Below, piece after piece: positions 22,523 through 35,999 of a stretch of DNA of 64,000 nt. Position numbers and translations under genes: made by a program. This stretch comes from Ruditapes philippinarum (taxonomy: Eukaryota), in contig NW_026862398.1 of the NCBI RefSeq assembly GCF_026571515.1, positions 1-64,000 on the forward strand, given 5' to 3'. The notes below the pieces were generated by a model. The model worked only from the letters and a program-made list of their open reading frames with translations, did no database searches and was not told the DNA's origin. How positions within the stretch are numbered: the first letter of the stretch is position 1; every line of letters begins with the position of its first letter.

Positions 22523-25505
22523 TAATACTTTATTATAGTTTCATATTCATTATGTAATTACAAACAAAATATTAACATTCGAAATACCAAAGTAATAGCC
22601 CACGAGCCTTTCTGAGACATTGAAAACAAAATAATATTAAAAACATTGATTTGTTTTATCAATCATCATGTTATGTTTATATCAGGTTTAGATGGAGAGT
22701 AATATTATCAAAACGTAAAAAAAGATATTGCACTGGGTTACTTGGAAATACTGTATACATACGTAAGCAAAATAGTGACAAATTTGGTATCAAAAATTTC
22801 AGAAATACTGTATATTGACCATACGATTGTTTAATTTGAAATAAAAATTTGATAATTTCAGAAATATAGTTGAAGGGTAAAAAGTAAAAGTTGCAGAGTT
22901 GTGATTTTTAACGCTTTTTGTCTCGTTATATGACCATTTATCAGTATCTGTTGCGTTCATCCCATTTTTAGATCAGCAAAAGTGTGCGAGACTGATACAC
23001 CATATGGACTCTGGCTTGAATTTTCCATTTACAAATTCAAATATCTAAATGCAAAAACATATTTGGAATAGACACAATTTTGCAACTTTAATTTTTCGTC
23101 CCTCAGTTGTTTACACGTAACCACAGTTCTGATGATTATCAAATTTCAATCAAATTTTAGCCATGAAAACAATATATTGCTACAAATTTAGATATCAAAT
23201 ATGCTTAAATTTTGCTCAATAAGTATAAAAGATATCCCTGTAACCAATTGCACACTTTATTTTGCAACTTAGTATATTGAAAATATTTCATTTTTTTCTA
23301 AAACAATAAATTAAATTTGTTTTAATGATTTTAACCATCTTCATCTTAATTGTTTGTCTGTAGTACTGTAAAAGTTGTGAAATGAAGAATGTTGTTATAC
23401 TCTTTAGTTAAGGAAATAAAATGTATGATATCGAAAAGCGACTAAAATTAATTCAAAATATACTAGTATTTTATCGTTTTATGTTGAAATGACTGCATAT
23501 TATATCCTTTTAAAATTGCCTTAAATCTTAATTGAAAGGTTGACAATAGACAATAATTTCTGTCAATAACAAATGAGTAAACGTATTTCAATGTATTATC
23601 TAAAATTAATAAGGTAATGAAAATATTTAACATTATAATAAAATTGCACACCTGCATTATATCTTAAATAAAAATACTGTAACATTTTAAAGATAAATTG
23701 TAAATATTGATAAGGTAAGGTGACAAAAACCTAACAACCTAATCGTTTAAAGGTCTAGATGACATAAATGTTTGAAATCTACTTTGTGTTTTATTAACCG
23801 ATTGTCATTTTTATTATTGTTCCACTATCAAACAGTTTTGATCTTGTTTGTTGAACTATAAACCATGAAGACTTATCAGAGAAAAAATCTGTCTATTTAT
23901 CTTTTACCCGAGGAGTTTTGTATATGCAATAAATGAATGATATTTTAACCCAAATAATCTGAATTAACGATGAAATATTTTTAAACAAAATTCAATTATC
24001 GACGGAAAGAAGTGTTTTCTTTGTCTTATAGTAATGGTTTAAGACAAATCAACCACTGCAACCGGTGTTCGCATAGCTAATGAACACAAAGGAAAGTAAA
24101 CATACATATACAATAATCTAAACTAAAATACATTGTTAGCAATGTATCCATAGTTACTTCGTGTATTTCATTTGAAAATATCGCTTTAAAATTACTGCCT
24201 TCTTTGGCAAAATCGAGTTTATGATTAATATACCATTTAAAACATATAATTTGTAATTCTTAACTCTTTCAAATTCATTACTTACATTTTTGACAACTTT
24301 TACGAGGTTTTTTGAAATATTATTTCATATCCGGGCCAAGAAGCGATACATTCCCATTCAACGAAATCACAATGTGTGTTTTTCATTCATTTAGGTGCAC
24401 ATTTTTTCAGATTTAGAAATTATATATTATATTTTTTTCAGATTTAGAAATTATATATAATTTTGTAATATTAGTACCTTAACATATCAAGCGTGTTAAG
24501 ATAGTTTCATAAAGAATTAAGATGTCTTAATTCATTAGATATATGACTTTGAATTAAGGAATGACACTAATTCTGCTTCTATATTTTCTAATTAAATAAT
24601 CAGTCACATATTAAACTTTTATGGGGACGGATAAATTTTTACTTTTTCATAAAAACATGTTCCATTACATTTTATCAGAATAAAAATTAAGCTGAAACTT
24701 ATTCATGTATTTCTTTTATTCTAAAATATTTTATGTAGGACTTAGGAACGATGGACATGACTGATAATTCATATAGTACTCCCTGTTTGTTTAAATGTCG
24801 TGTTCTATTTGAGACTATTACTATTATTATTTTCTGAAGAAAATCAAATCCAAGAATATAGTTTAAAATCAAATTGCACGTGGACAAATTGATTTCAGTT
24901 CTTGTTACGTTACAGCTTAAAACATGAACATGTTCGTTGATTGCTGAGATTTCACCAGTCTGTAAGTTGTAACAGAAAATGTCAACTCTATGTATTTAGA
25001 ATCAATGTCATTAACTGTTTTGATATATCTGACAACATGTCTGTAATTTACGGCTTCGTTTCCTGTAAAAACTTTAACCAAAGTTTGCCCCATTCAGTAT
25101 TTAATAATATTATTCGTTCAAGAGTTTAATAATATTGTGACCAAGGGACGAACATTTCTTTGATGCGTTTAAGAATTAAACATTGTTTACACATTTTATT
25201 TGACAATCAAAGAATACACTGCACCCTTCAAACTATTGCACGATTAAGTTGCATTAAAAATAAACCTTGGATAAAGGCATTATTTTCGATAAAGGCTCTT
25301 AATCTATCATAAAACATAATTTAACACTGGTCTGCTTTTTTGACTGAAGAAAAAATTGTGTAGGTTAATTTTATTTTAACAATTTATAGACATTTGCATA
25401 TAATATTTTCACCTTTTCTTTTCAAAGTTTTAAAAATTACGAAAAAAAACAACAAAAAACAAAAAACAACGAAAGGTTTTGAAATGCGGTAGCAAAATTC
25501 ATCAA

Positions 25506-25883
25506 GAGAATAGGTGATGATGTACTAGTTATATTTACTATGTAAATTAATGTAATTTTAAAGCCTTTAATAGAGCTTTACAATAAATTGAGATAGTGAA
25601 TGACATTGTTCAGCTTCAATATATCATTTTCATAGAAAAAGAACATTTGAGCCGCGTCACGACAAAACCAACATAATGTGTTTGCGACCAGCATCCGCGC
25701 AGTCTCATCAGGATCTATGCTGTTCGCTTACAGACCCTATAACAAGTAAAAAACTGATAGCGAACAGCATGGATCCTGATCAGACTGCGCGGAAGCGCAG
25801 GCTGGTCTGGGTCCATGCTGGTCGCAAATACATTATGTAGGTTTTGTCGTGACGCGACTCATTTATTTACTGACCATCAGATA
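25506..25883 (+). repeat. Left copy of a ~378-bp near-identical direct duplication flanking a LINE fragment
   Basis: Matches 26488-26866; the only difference I found is one A-run length. Confidence 0.95.
25648..25861. mobile_element. Palindromic MITE (~214 bp)
   Basis: TIRs tgagccgcgtcacgacaaaacc...ggttttgtcgtgacgcgactca, with internal arms atgctgttcgct / agcgaacagcat. Confidence 0.9.
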
Positions 25884-26487
25884 TATATCTTTTAATCCAC
25901 CAATTCTGATGAGCATAACATATGTTACAAACAGGTTATAGTACATATAATCAAATACATATGGTAACATTTGTAAATTGAGTAACATGCATAAACATGG
26001 TACACTTCAAATATTATAGAACATATAAATTACAAGAGTTTCATGAATACGTCGATAGTATAAATGAATATATTAGCGAAAGTTAAATCGAAAGCATATA
26101 TTCTACATTATACAACCGAATCAAAATTCATTACAGAACAGAACATAATCTTAAGTCTAGTTTCGAAACGAAAGTACTAGAACAAAGAAGATGTGTTTCA
26201 ATTCGTCAACAACACACCTGTACGATCAAAATTGCCAAATTGAAGGAGAATATCCATGTATATTGGCATTTATGTAACATAAACAGACGGTCTATTGGCT
26301 TTAGTACAGATGCTACATTAAACAAGTAAGCATAGTCTATAAGCAAGTGCATGGTTGATAAATCCGTTCATTGAGCACAACACGGATACTTGTATAAGTT
26401 TATCACATTGATCTGAGGGCGACATATCAATAAAAGATTGATAACCTTCATATCCCCACTTATCAATTAAACAATCCCACAATTTAG
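25884..26487 (-). mobile_element. 5'-truncated LINE (ORF2 C-terminus plus 3' UTR), RTE/RTE-X-like
   Basis: The minus strand opens with an uninterrupted frame KLWDCLIDKWGYEGYQSFIDMSPSDQCDKLIQVSVLCSMNGFINHALAYRLCLLV*. A ~440-nt UTR follows, ending attaaaagatata. The clade is assigned by resemblance only. Confidence 0.6.
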
Positions 26488-26866
26488 GAGAATAGGTGAT
26501 GATGTACTAGTTATATTTACTATGTAAATTAATGTAATTTTAAAGCCTTTAATAGAGCTTTACAATAAATTGAGATAGTGAATGACATTGTTCAGCTTCA
26601 ATATATCATTTTCATAGAAAAAAGAACATTTGAGCCGCGTCACGACAAAACCAACATAATGTGTTTGCGACCAGCATCCGCGCAGTCTCATCAGGATCTA
26701 TGCTGTTCGCTTACAGACCCTATAACAAGTAAAAAACTGATAGCGAACAGCATGGATCCTGATCAGACTGCGCGGAAGCGCAGGCTGGTCTGGGTCCATG
26801 CTGGTCGCAAATACATTATGTAGGTTTTGTCGTGACGCGACTCATTTATTTACTGACCATCAGATA
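26488..26866 (+). repeat. Right copy of the ~378-bp direct duplication
   Basis: Matches 25506-25883. Homology to unit B2 continues after it (cagatacaatccaa vs cagataaaatccaa at 32362). Confidence 0.95.
26631..26844. mobile_element. Palindromic MITE, duplicate of 25648-25861
   Basis: Same sequence and same flanks. It accounts for most of ORF 26578. Confidence 0.9.
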
Positions 26867-28029
26867 CAATCCAATTTTATTTGAGCCTCTTGATGATGAT
26901 GTATCTTTGATTGGTTTATTCTTTTCAAAATAGTTTTGATTAATGTATGATCGCAGCTAAAAATAAATCATTTTATACAAATATTCGTCTTCATTTAGAG
27001 ATGTTATAACTCAAAATAACACAATGGCGCTATTTACGGCATCTTGCAGACTTTTTATTTAAAAATAAGAAAAGCAACAAAAGGAAATCACTTAAATTAA
27101 ATGTTTATTGAAAGTGAAATGTATGTTTAGACGACAACATTTCAAAATTATTTAAATTGACAAGCATTGCATAATTACCATAAATTTAAAGTATCAAATT
27201 ATCGTCGTAGTATTTACTTTTTAACTCGATAAAGTCATCTTTGATCTTACAATTTAGTGTTTTTCAATATCTGAAGAACATTTTAAGTTGAATTAAGTTG
27301 CACCCTACTCGTTTGTAGTATCTTTATCACTACACTTGGGTAGCCTATATAAATCATGCTTTGACAAATTATGGCATGTGAATTCGAATTAATTGCAAGA
27401 CATAGATATTTATTGTTAGCACATTTTACAACCTTTACATGAGTTTAATCTATTGAGGAAATTTTAAAATGGTAAAATTTGTCAAATTGAAGTTTTCAAC
27501 AACAAAAAAGGAAATAAAGATATAGTTATTTTTACATGTTTACAATGAATGCTACACTTTACACGCTTTTTCCATATCATTCGAACAGTTAAAGATTATG
27601 TAGTTGCAACAGTACCTCTTCTCTTATCGTAATAATTGTTACTGGAATTGTATTGAAACATAATTTTTTTTAATGGTGCTCCACTCTCGTGACATCGGCA
27701 CAATAACATCGAGTAATCTCAAAATCTGCCAGGTAAAATATGACTTGTATTTATTTGACAAACAAAGAACATAGATCCTGTCAAATCGATGGTTATCTTC
27801 TCAAGCACACGCATCATTGTTACTGTCTGTTGTTATTGCTCAATTTAGTGAATAAATTCTGATATGTCACACACATTATCTGAATTTATATACTGCAAAG
27901 ATATTGTATTTTGGTTGATAGCGCCAATCTCGTTTTTAAGATGTTTTGTCTGTACTCTTACAACTATTTTATATAAATTACAATTTATATTTAAAGGCAT
28001 ATGAGCACAATAGGACATTTTTGTTTCAT

Positions 28030-30260
28030 TTTGAGAATTGTACTTCGTTATTACCATGTTTTCAATCTATGTTTATTTGATCCAGTTCTTTATTCCCCAT
28101 GGATAGCCCCATTTATCAATGTAATAACATTAACAGCAGGCATTTTGTAATAAAACTATTTTATACATGTATCTTCCAATCCAGTTTTGCCAAATATAGT
28201 TATTGCCGAAATTATAACCATGGGAATTTCCATCTGGAAGATACTAAGGCAGACAGAGAGACGTCAAATGGTTCTGTTTACTTCATAGTATTGAATCTTT
28301 AACATTAGTGATGTTATAATATGACAAATGATATTGCTGTCTATTTTAAAGTTTTAAAGACGTGTGTGATAATACAAATGTAATTCGAATACTTAGCACG
28401 AGAGAAAGTAACAATGATTAAAAAATCTTATGTTTGGATTTGACTATTTGAACCAAATGATGCTTTGTCATACCTTTTTATGGCTAAGAAGCAATTTAAA
28501 GGGAGTAGCAAAATAAAACAGTGCATTTGACCTTTCTTGCATTAAAATTTTTTTATGCTGGCGAAAAAAAAAAGGAAAATAATTTCAGAAAAAATGTTGA
28601 TTATATATCGTGTAATGAACTGCTTTAAAGTTTAGTTATATGATAAAAGTTTGTATCAAATTTCTTATGATGTGAATTCTGTGCATTTTAATATACCATA
28701 TTGTATCATGCAATATTTTGCGAAAAAATAATTGTTGATTAGTAAAAGATTATTCCAGATAAATTGTCGTTCGTAAAACAAATGCACTAGAAACAAATAT
28801 ATGTGGAATGGTTCACTTATCGTACATACATTTTGGATAATGATGATATGTACGTTAATTTACATATATTTTGATCCATGTGACAATGTGTGATATCAAA
28901 GTAAAGGTATTTATAAGAACTAGAGTAACTCGTCCTTTCCTATATCTGCAACTTGTAAATTGAGAAAGGAAAAGTCTCAGATGTTTCCACTTATTATGAG
29001 AATATCATTTTAAGAAATGATAATATGTCCCCCATTGAGACTAGTTTCAAAAACATCTATGTCAAAATGAGTTAAACCTTTCATCAGAGTGTACCAAGTG
29101 TTTCAGAATATGCAGGAAGAGTGTCAATGTAATAGCGGTGAAACATTAGGTTGGCAAACATATTTAGTAAGATTTTCTTATAAAGTGTTGTAACAGGGTA
29201 AACTTTTGTTCGCCATAAAATATTCATTTAAATGTTTGAATAAGCTTCATTAATAAGAAAGAATCCAAAGTCCCTAAAGGGATTCGAGGGGCAAGTGGTC
29301 TGAAGTCAATGACCTTAAACACTCGGCCACGTACGCCCCAACAAATGATAGTGTACTGTAAATTTTACATACTATTCTTTCAAAGCATGTACGAATAGTT
29401 TATATAAATAACTTGATATAAACAGTTTTCTTTTCAAATTTCAAGATGACGTAAAATTAAAAAATCTGCAGCAAGAAATTTTAAATGATTCCTTGATGAA
29501 TATGTAAATAATGCTATCTTATAAAGACTTTTCCTGTCTCAAATAACGCACAATAAGTTTGAGTTGCTTTTTCTTTAGATTAAACATACACGTCACCTTT
29601 TGCAAGTTTGATACACATTTGATAAGTTTACGATACAAATTAATACCATTATAGCTTCATTATGTCGAAAAAAATCAGTCAAATTTCTTAATAATGAGTA
29701 ACGTGATAAAGACGAGAAATAAATTAAATAATACACAAAAAATTATTGATATATTAGATTAAAGCGTCCAAAAATAAAATACTAATATATTGATATGCAG
29801 ATACAAAAAATATATATTGAGGGGCTTACACGAATGTTGTTCCTTACAAAGATTTCCTTTAATGGGAGTATTAGTTAGGCAGATTAATAATTTGTAAAAA
29901 ATACGTATGTTAACACAGTTCTCATCCTGGATAGAAAAGGGATATTAAAGAGGGATTTTTTAACAACGCTGTACCTGAGGTAAAAAATAAGTTTCAAATC
30001 TTTGAATAAGGACAACCAACGTCAAAAAATGTATGGTATGATTAGATGTTTTAACAAAATCCGGCCTAAGTAAGCTCTACGAGCTCGTACTTGTGTTTTT
30101 CCCCCCAAATCTTTGAATTAGGATAACCAATGTCACCAAATGTAGGCTAGGATTAGAGGTTTTAAAGAGTTCGACCTCAATATTCTATATCCAATTTATA
30201 ATAAATGTTACTTTGTCTAAATAGGGTTTGAATTAACATTGTGTATTTAGCCGAAGGTGA
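28030..30260 (+). pseudogene. Degenerate TLR-like gene, first gene of unit B2
   Basis: Signal-like ELYFVITMFSIYVYLIQFFIP (~28035). KPFIRVYQVFQNM and QGKLLFAIKYSFKC at 29074-29235 (LRRCT-like). TIR box 2-like GAYTNVVPYKDFL at 29821. Confidence 0.6.
29258..29340 (-). mobile_element. 5' head remnant of a tRNA-derived SINE, at the position orthologous to 41466-41680
   Basis: gaatccaaagtccct...gattcga...gcaagtg...gaccttaaacactcggccacg matches the head of the SINE at 41590-41680. Confidence 0.8.
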
Positions 30261-30329
30261 TTGGCTCTTGTCACAAGTTTGGACCCAGTTCATCCTGCGC
30301 AAAAATGCAATATGAGCAAGTTTAAATGT

Positions 30330-33300
30330 TTGTGGCTCAAAGTTTTTCAGCAATTGGTATTAAAGATTTTTATTTGGTTATTCAACCTCTAATGGTGGCA
30401 AATAGGCCGACGTATCATATGTATAATATCAATATTCGCATTAATTTTGACTGATATATTAAACTCACCCATCAAATGTATATCTAACCAGTATGTAAAG
30501 GTGACGTGAACGTAAAAAGGTTGAAAGAGAGACACAGCAGAACAATTATAATGGTCAATAAAATTGTTAGTGATTTAGTTTGAGATGAAGAGTAGTAATA
30601 CTATCAAAGCGTATAGAATGATATTCAGTTCATTTTAACTGATAAAGCATAATTGTTTTTGAAAAAAGACTACATGGATCTGAAGTAACACCATATGAAC
30701 TTGGGCTGGCAATTAATGATGTTCTACTTACAATTTCAAATATCTAAAGGCAAACACGTCTTTGATAATATCGAAAGCAACTAAAAAGATCAAAAATATG
30801 TTTTAATCGTTTTATGTTGAATCACTTGCATATTATATCCTTTTAAAAATTGTTTTAAATTTTAATGAAAAAGGCGACAATAATTGCTACTAATAACATT
30901 GAGTTAACTAATTTCAATATATTATCTTAAAGTATTAAAGTAATGAAAATATTTAACATTATAATAAAACTGTACACCTGTATTTTATCTTGAATAAAAA
31001 TACTGTAACATAAAAAAAGATAAATTGTCAATATTTACAACGTAAGGTGACAAAAACCTAACAACCTAGTCATTTAAAGGTCTAGATGACATAAATGCTT
31101 TAAATCGGCTTTGTGTTTTATTATTTATTTGCAGTTTTATTATTGTTCCACTATCAAACAGTTTTGATCTCGTTTGTTGAACTAAAACCATGAAGACTTA
31201 TATGAAATAAATGAATGATATTTAATCCAAAATGATCTGTCAAACGATGAAAAAATGAATTATCGAAGAAAACTAGCTTTGTCGTTTTAGTAATGGTTTA
31301 GGAAATTTTAACCATTGCAACCGACGTTCGCATATCCAAGATACAAAAAGCAATGTACATTGCTGACATGCTCAAAGAAAAGTAAACATACAAACAAAAT
31401 AATCTAAACTAAACTTCATATATACATGTACGTAGATACTTGTGTATTTCATTTGAAATTATAGCTGGGTTTGTGAAAAGAAAGCTTTAAATCGAGCATA
31501 GGCATTTAAATAAACATTCCATTTAAAACATATCATATTGGATAGTCAACTCTTTGCAATTCAGCAGCCAAATTTAATGACCAACATTTTTGACAACTTT
31601 ACGAGGACTTAGGAACAATGGACATGACTGATAAATCATATGGAGCTTCCTGTTGGTTTAAAGGTCATGCTTTGTTTGAGTCTATTACTTTAATCATTAT
31701 CAAATTCCAAGAATATGGTTATAATTATCAAATTGCGCCAAGGCAAATCGATTTGAGTTGTTGCTTCAAAAACACGAACATGTTTGTTAATTGCCAAGAT
31801 TTCATCAGCCTGTAAGTTGTAACAGAAAATTTTTAGAATCAATGGAATCAACTGTTTGACATATCTGACAACATGTCTGTAATTTACGGCTTCGTTTCTT
31901 GTAATAGCTTTATAGTAAGCAAACGACAAAAATATGACCCCTTCAGTGCGTAGTTTAATAATTCAGTACTTGTTCAAGAATTAAATAATAATGTGACCAA
32001 GGGACGGAAATTTGTTTGATGCGTTTAAGAATTAAACATTGTTTACACATTTTACCTGACAATCAAAGAATATACTGCACCCTTCAAACTATTGCACGAT
32101 TAAGTTGCATTAGAAATAAACCTTAGATAAAACCATAATTTTCGATAAAGGCTCTTAATCTATCATAAAAATAATACACTGGTCTGCATTTTTGACAGAG
32201 GAATAAAATGTATTCGTGAGCGTTGGTTAATTTAGCATTTACAATTTTTAGACAGTATTACCTTAGTATTGTTATTAATTGTAAAGTGTTTATTTTTATG
32301 TTCAACTCCAGTACAATATTTTTTTTCACATTTAAAGGTGAAAACATTATTTACTGACCATCAGATAAAATCCAACTTTATCTGATCTTGATAAATATAT
32401 ACATTTTGTATATTTTTATGATTAAAAGATTTTTCAAGATAGAAATATTTATGACTATAGTTGATATTGTTCGCTGAATCGCAGCTAAAAGTAAATGCAT
32501 TTCCCCTTTATATTAGAGATGTTATGGTTCAAAATAACCTACAATGACGTTATTTACGGCCTCTTGCAGAAAATATATTTAAAAATAAGAAAAGCAACAA
32601 AAAAAAACACTTAAATTAAATATTTATTGAAAGAGAAAAGTGTTTTTAGACGACTACATTTAACAGTTATTTCAATTGAAAAGCATAGCACAATCATCAT
32701 AAATCAAAAGTATCAAATTATCGTCGTAGTTTTTACTTCAGTCATCTTTGATCTTACAATTTAGTTTTTTTTTTCCAAGTTGAATTAAGATGCACCATAC
32801 TCGTTTGAAGAATCTTTATCACTGCACTTGGGGAGCCTACATAAATCATGTTTCGCAATAATTGCAAGACATGAATATTTATTGGTAGCAAATTCTACAA
32901 CCTTAACATGAGTTTGATCTATTGAAGTAATTTTGAAATGGTGAAATTTGTCAATTTGAATTTAAAAAAAAACAAACCAAAAACAAACAAAAATGAATGT
33001 TTTAATACACTTCACACTTTTTTCGATATCATTTTAACGATTAGAAATTATGTAGTTGCAACAGTGCCTCTTCTCTTATCGTAATAATTGTTATTATAAT
33101 TGCATTGAAACATAAATTTGTTTTAGTGGCACACCACTCACGTGAAATCGGCACTATGACATCGAGTTATCTCAAAATCTGCTACGTAAAATATGACTTG
33201 TATTTTTTTTGACAAACAAAGAACATAGCTCCTGTCAAATCGATGGTTTTCTTGCATATCAAACAGGGTTATCTACCGTTTACACAGTTGCTAGAAAACT

Positions 33301-33840
33301 CTAGCTTACATCCCCTATGCAAGACAAGTCGCGTGCTTTAAATGACGTCATTGAAGCGCGCCTTTTATGAATGAATTGCGTTCTAAGGATGACCTCACTT
33401 AACCATTTTGAAATGAAGTCGTAAGTTCATACGCTACTATAAGAAAAATAGTGCGGCATGAGAATATCCGTTTTCGTAATTTTTGTTCTGAAAATAATTG
33501 ATATGTAATACGCGAGAAAAAAAATCAAACACCGGCTGTCGGTGCAGACCGGAATATCTAGCTCTCGGGTAACTGTTTAGTGAAAACTCGGCAGTGCCTC
33601 GTTACCACCGTAAACAGTTACCATCGAGCTAGATATTCCGTTCAGTACGGCAGCCAGTAAGATTCTTATAATCTTCTCAAGCACATGTACCATTGTTTCT
33701 GTCTGTTGTTATTGCAAATTTAGTGAACAAATTCCGATATGTCACACAAATTATCTGAATTTATAACTTATTGCTTATTTTGCAAAAATATTGTATTTTA
33801 ATTTATAGCGCAAATCTCATTTTTTAAATGTTTTGTCTGT
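30330..33840 (+). pseudogene. Degenerate TLR-like remnants, second part of unit B2
   Basis: FKGLDDINAL (31073), CLHILPDNQ...IKALNLS (32040-32165), FSHLKVKTLFTDHQI (~32323), TM at ~33050-33110 and VKYDLY at ~33186. Confidence 0.6.
33250..33670 (+). mobile_element. ~420-bp non-autonomous DNA element with a 3' foldback, B2-specific
   Basis: The empty site in B1 reads gatggttatcttctcaagc (27788). The foldback ggctg...cggaatatctagctc..ggtaactgttta / taaacagttacc..gagctagatattccg...cagcc lies at 33534-33655. Confidence 0.75.
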
Positions 33841-33899
33841 AAAAATCATTATATTTTTTATACTTAAAGGCATATGACTACAAAAAGGGCATTTTTTCA

Positions 33900-35990
33900 T
33901 TAAAGCATTGTACTTCGTTATAACCTTGTTTTCTATATATGTGTATTCGATCCAATTCTTCATTCCCCATAGATAACCCTATTAATCAATGTAATAACAT
34001 TAACAGCAGACATTTTGTAATAAAACTGTGCTATATTTTCCAGTATTGCCAAATATAGTTATTTTCGAAATTATAACCATGGGAATTTCATTTTGGAAGA
34101 TACTACGGCAGACATATAGACGTCAAATGGTTCTGTGTACTTCGTAGTATTGAATCTTTAACGTTAGTGATGTTATCATTTGACAAATGGTATTGCTGTC
34201 TATTTTAAGGCTTTAAAGACGTGCGTGATAGTACATACTTTTTTTCATTGTCTTGAAGCAATTATAACGGAATAGAACATAAAATAGTACTTGTAAACTT
34301 TAAAGTTTACCTTACTAGCATTAAAACAATTTTGCGTATGCGACAAATATCGAAAAAATGAAAATGAATTTAAGAAATAAACTTGTCATAACTTATGTTA
34401 TACATCGTATAATGAAAACGCTTCAACCTTTTGTTAGAACGTAATAGTTTGTATAAAATGTCTTATGTTGTGAATACTGTAAATTTCAATTTATCATACT
34501 TTCTCTGTATCAGAAAATATAAGGGAAAAATATTTACCGACTGGTAAACATTTTTTCCAGACGAATTGTCCTTCATAAAACCAAAAAACTCTGGAAAATG
34601 TAAACCTTTTGATTCATGATGCTATGTACCCAAAAGGAATATAACGTTAATTTACATATATATTTATCCATATGACAATATGTGATATAAAAGTCGATAT
34701 TAATAAGATCTAGAACAACTTGTCTTCCTTATACCTGCAACTTGTAAATTGAGAAAGGAACATTCTCAGATGTTTTCTTCTAATAATGAGAATATCATTT
34801 TAAGGATCAATTATATGTCTTTCAGTGAGACTCGTTTCAATAACATTTATGTCAAAATTAGTTTAGCATTTTATCAGAGTGTGCCAAGTGTTTCAGAATA
34901 TGCAGGAAGAGTGTCAATGTAATAGCGGGCATTGCATTTGAAACATTATGTTGGCAAACGTATTTAGTATGATTTTCTTATAAAGTGTTNNNNNNNNNNN
35001 NNNNNNNNNNNNNNNNNNNNNNNNNNNNNNNNNNNNNNNNNNNNNNNNNNNNNNNNNNNNNNNNNNNNNNNNNNNNNNNNNNNNNNNNNNNNNNNNNNNN
35101 NNNNNNNNNNNNNNNNNNNNNNNNNNGTTAGCTATCACATGTACTAAATATTGATATAGTTTGGTATTTCCTTTGACATATTTTGAAAGTACAATTTACA
35201 CCAATGCTATTTTTTAAAGGACGTACGAAAGGTCTATATAAATGTGTACATTATTCAAATTCGATATAAATATTTCCTTTTCAAATTCCATGTTTAAATA
35301 AAAGTAAAAATGCAACAAGTAATTGTAAATTACTTCTTGATTGACATGTAAATAATGTTATCTTATAAAAACTTTTTCAGTTTGTTTACCCTGTCCTAAA
35401 AAACGCACAATAAGTTTGAGTTGCTTTTTCTTTTGATAAGGCATACAAGTAACCTTTTGCATGTTTGATAGACATTTGATAAGTTTACAATACACATTAA
35501 TACCATTAAAGCTTCATTATGTCGAACAAAATCAGCCAAATTTCTTAATAAAGAGTAACGTGATAAAGGCAAGAAATAAATTAAATAGTCCACAAACAAT
35601 TATTTATATATTAGATAAAAAATGCAAAAGTTAAATATTTTGAAATGCTGATACACAAAATATACACTGAGGTGGTTACACGAATGTTTTTCCGTAAAGG
35701 GATTTCATTGTATCAGATTATAAGTTTAAAAAAAATTGCAATGTATATGTGAATATAACACTTTTATCAACCGAGAAAGTAAAGGAATATTACAGAGGAA
35801 TGTTTTATCGACGCTGTACCTGAGTTGAAAAATAGTTTTAAATCTTTAATCTAGGATAACCAATGTCACCAAATGTATGGTAAGATAACTGGTTTTAAAG
35901 AGTTCGACATACATAAGTTATATCCGATTTATTAATAAATATAATTTTGTCGAAATAGAGTTTGAGTTAACAGTATGTGTTTATCTGAAG
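33900..35990 (+). pseudogene. Degenerate TLR-like gene, first gene of unit B3 (spans the assembly gap)
   Basis: N-terminal block homologous to 39907-40150. TIR box 2-like GGYTNVFP*RDFIV at 35671-35712 and LKSSTYISY at ~35895. Confidence 0.6.
34990..35126. other. Assembly gap (137 N)
   Basis: Run of N. Confidence 1.
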
Positions 35991-35999
35991 GGCAAATCT

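Larger units (their letters stand above)
21900..27960 (+). pseudogene. Degenerate TLR-like remnants (probably two partly deleted genes), second part of unit B1
   Basis: SFKGLDDINV (~23745), FDISDN (~25019), KALNLS (~25291) and SVFQYLKNI..IKLH (~27256-27303). TM YVVATVPLL/LIVIIVTGIVLKH at 27597-27661 and TIR box 1-like KYDLYLFD at 27736. Confidence 0.6.

Noticed and set aside
25506-26866. LTR retrotransposon or TRIM with 378-bp LTRs
   Set aside because: The repeats lack TG...CA ends, PBS and PPT, and consist of host array sequence homologous to other B units plus a MITE.
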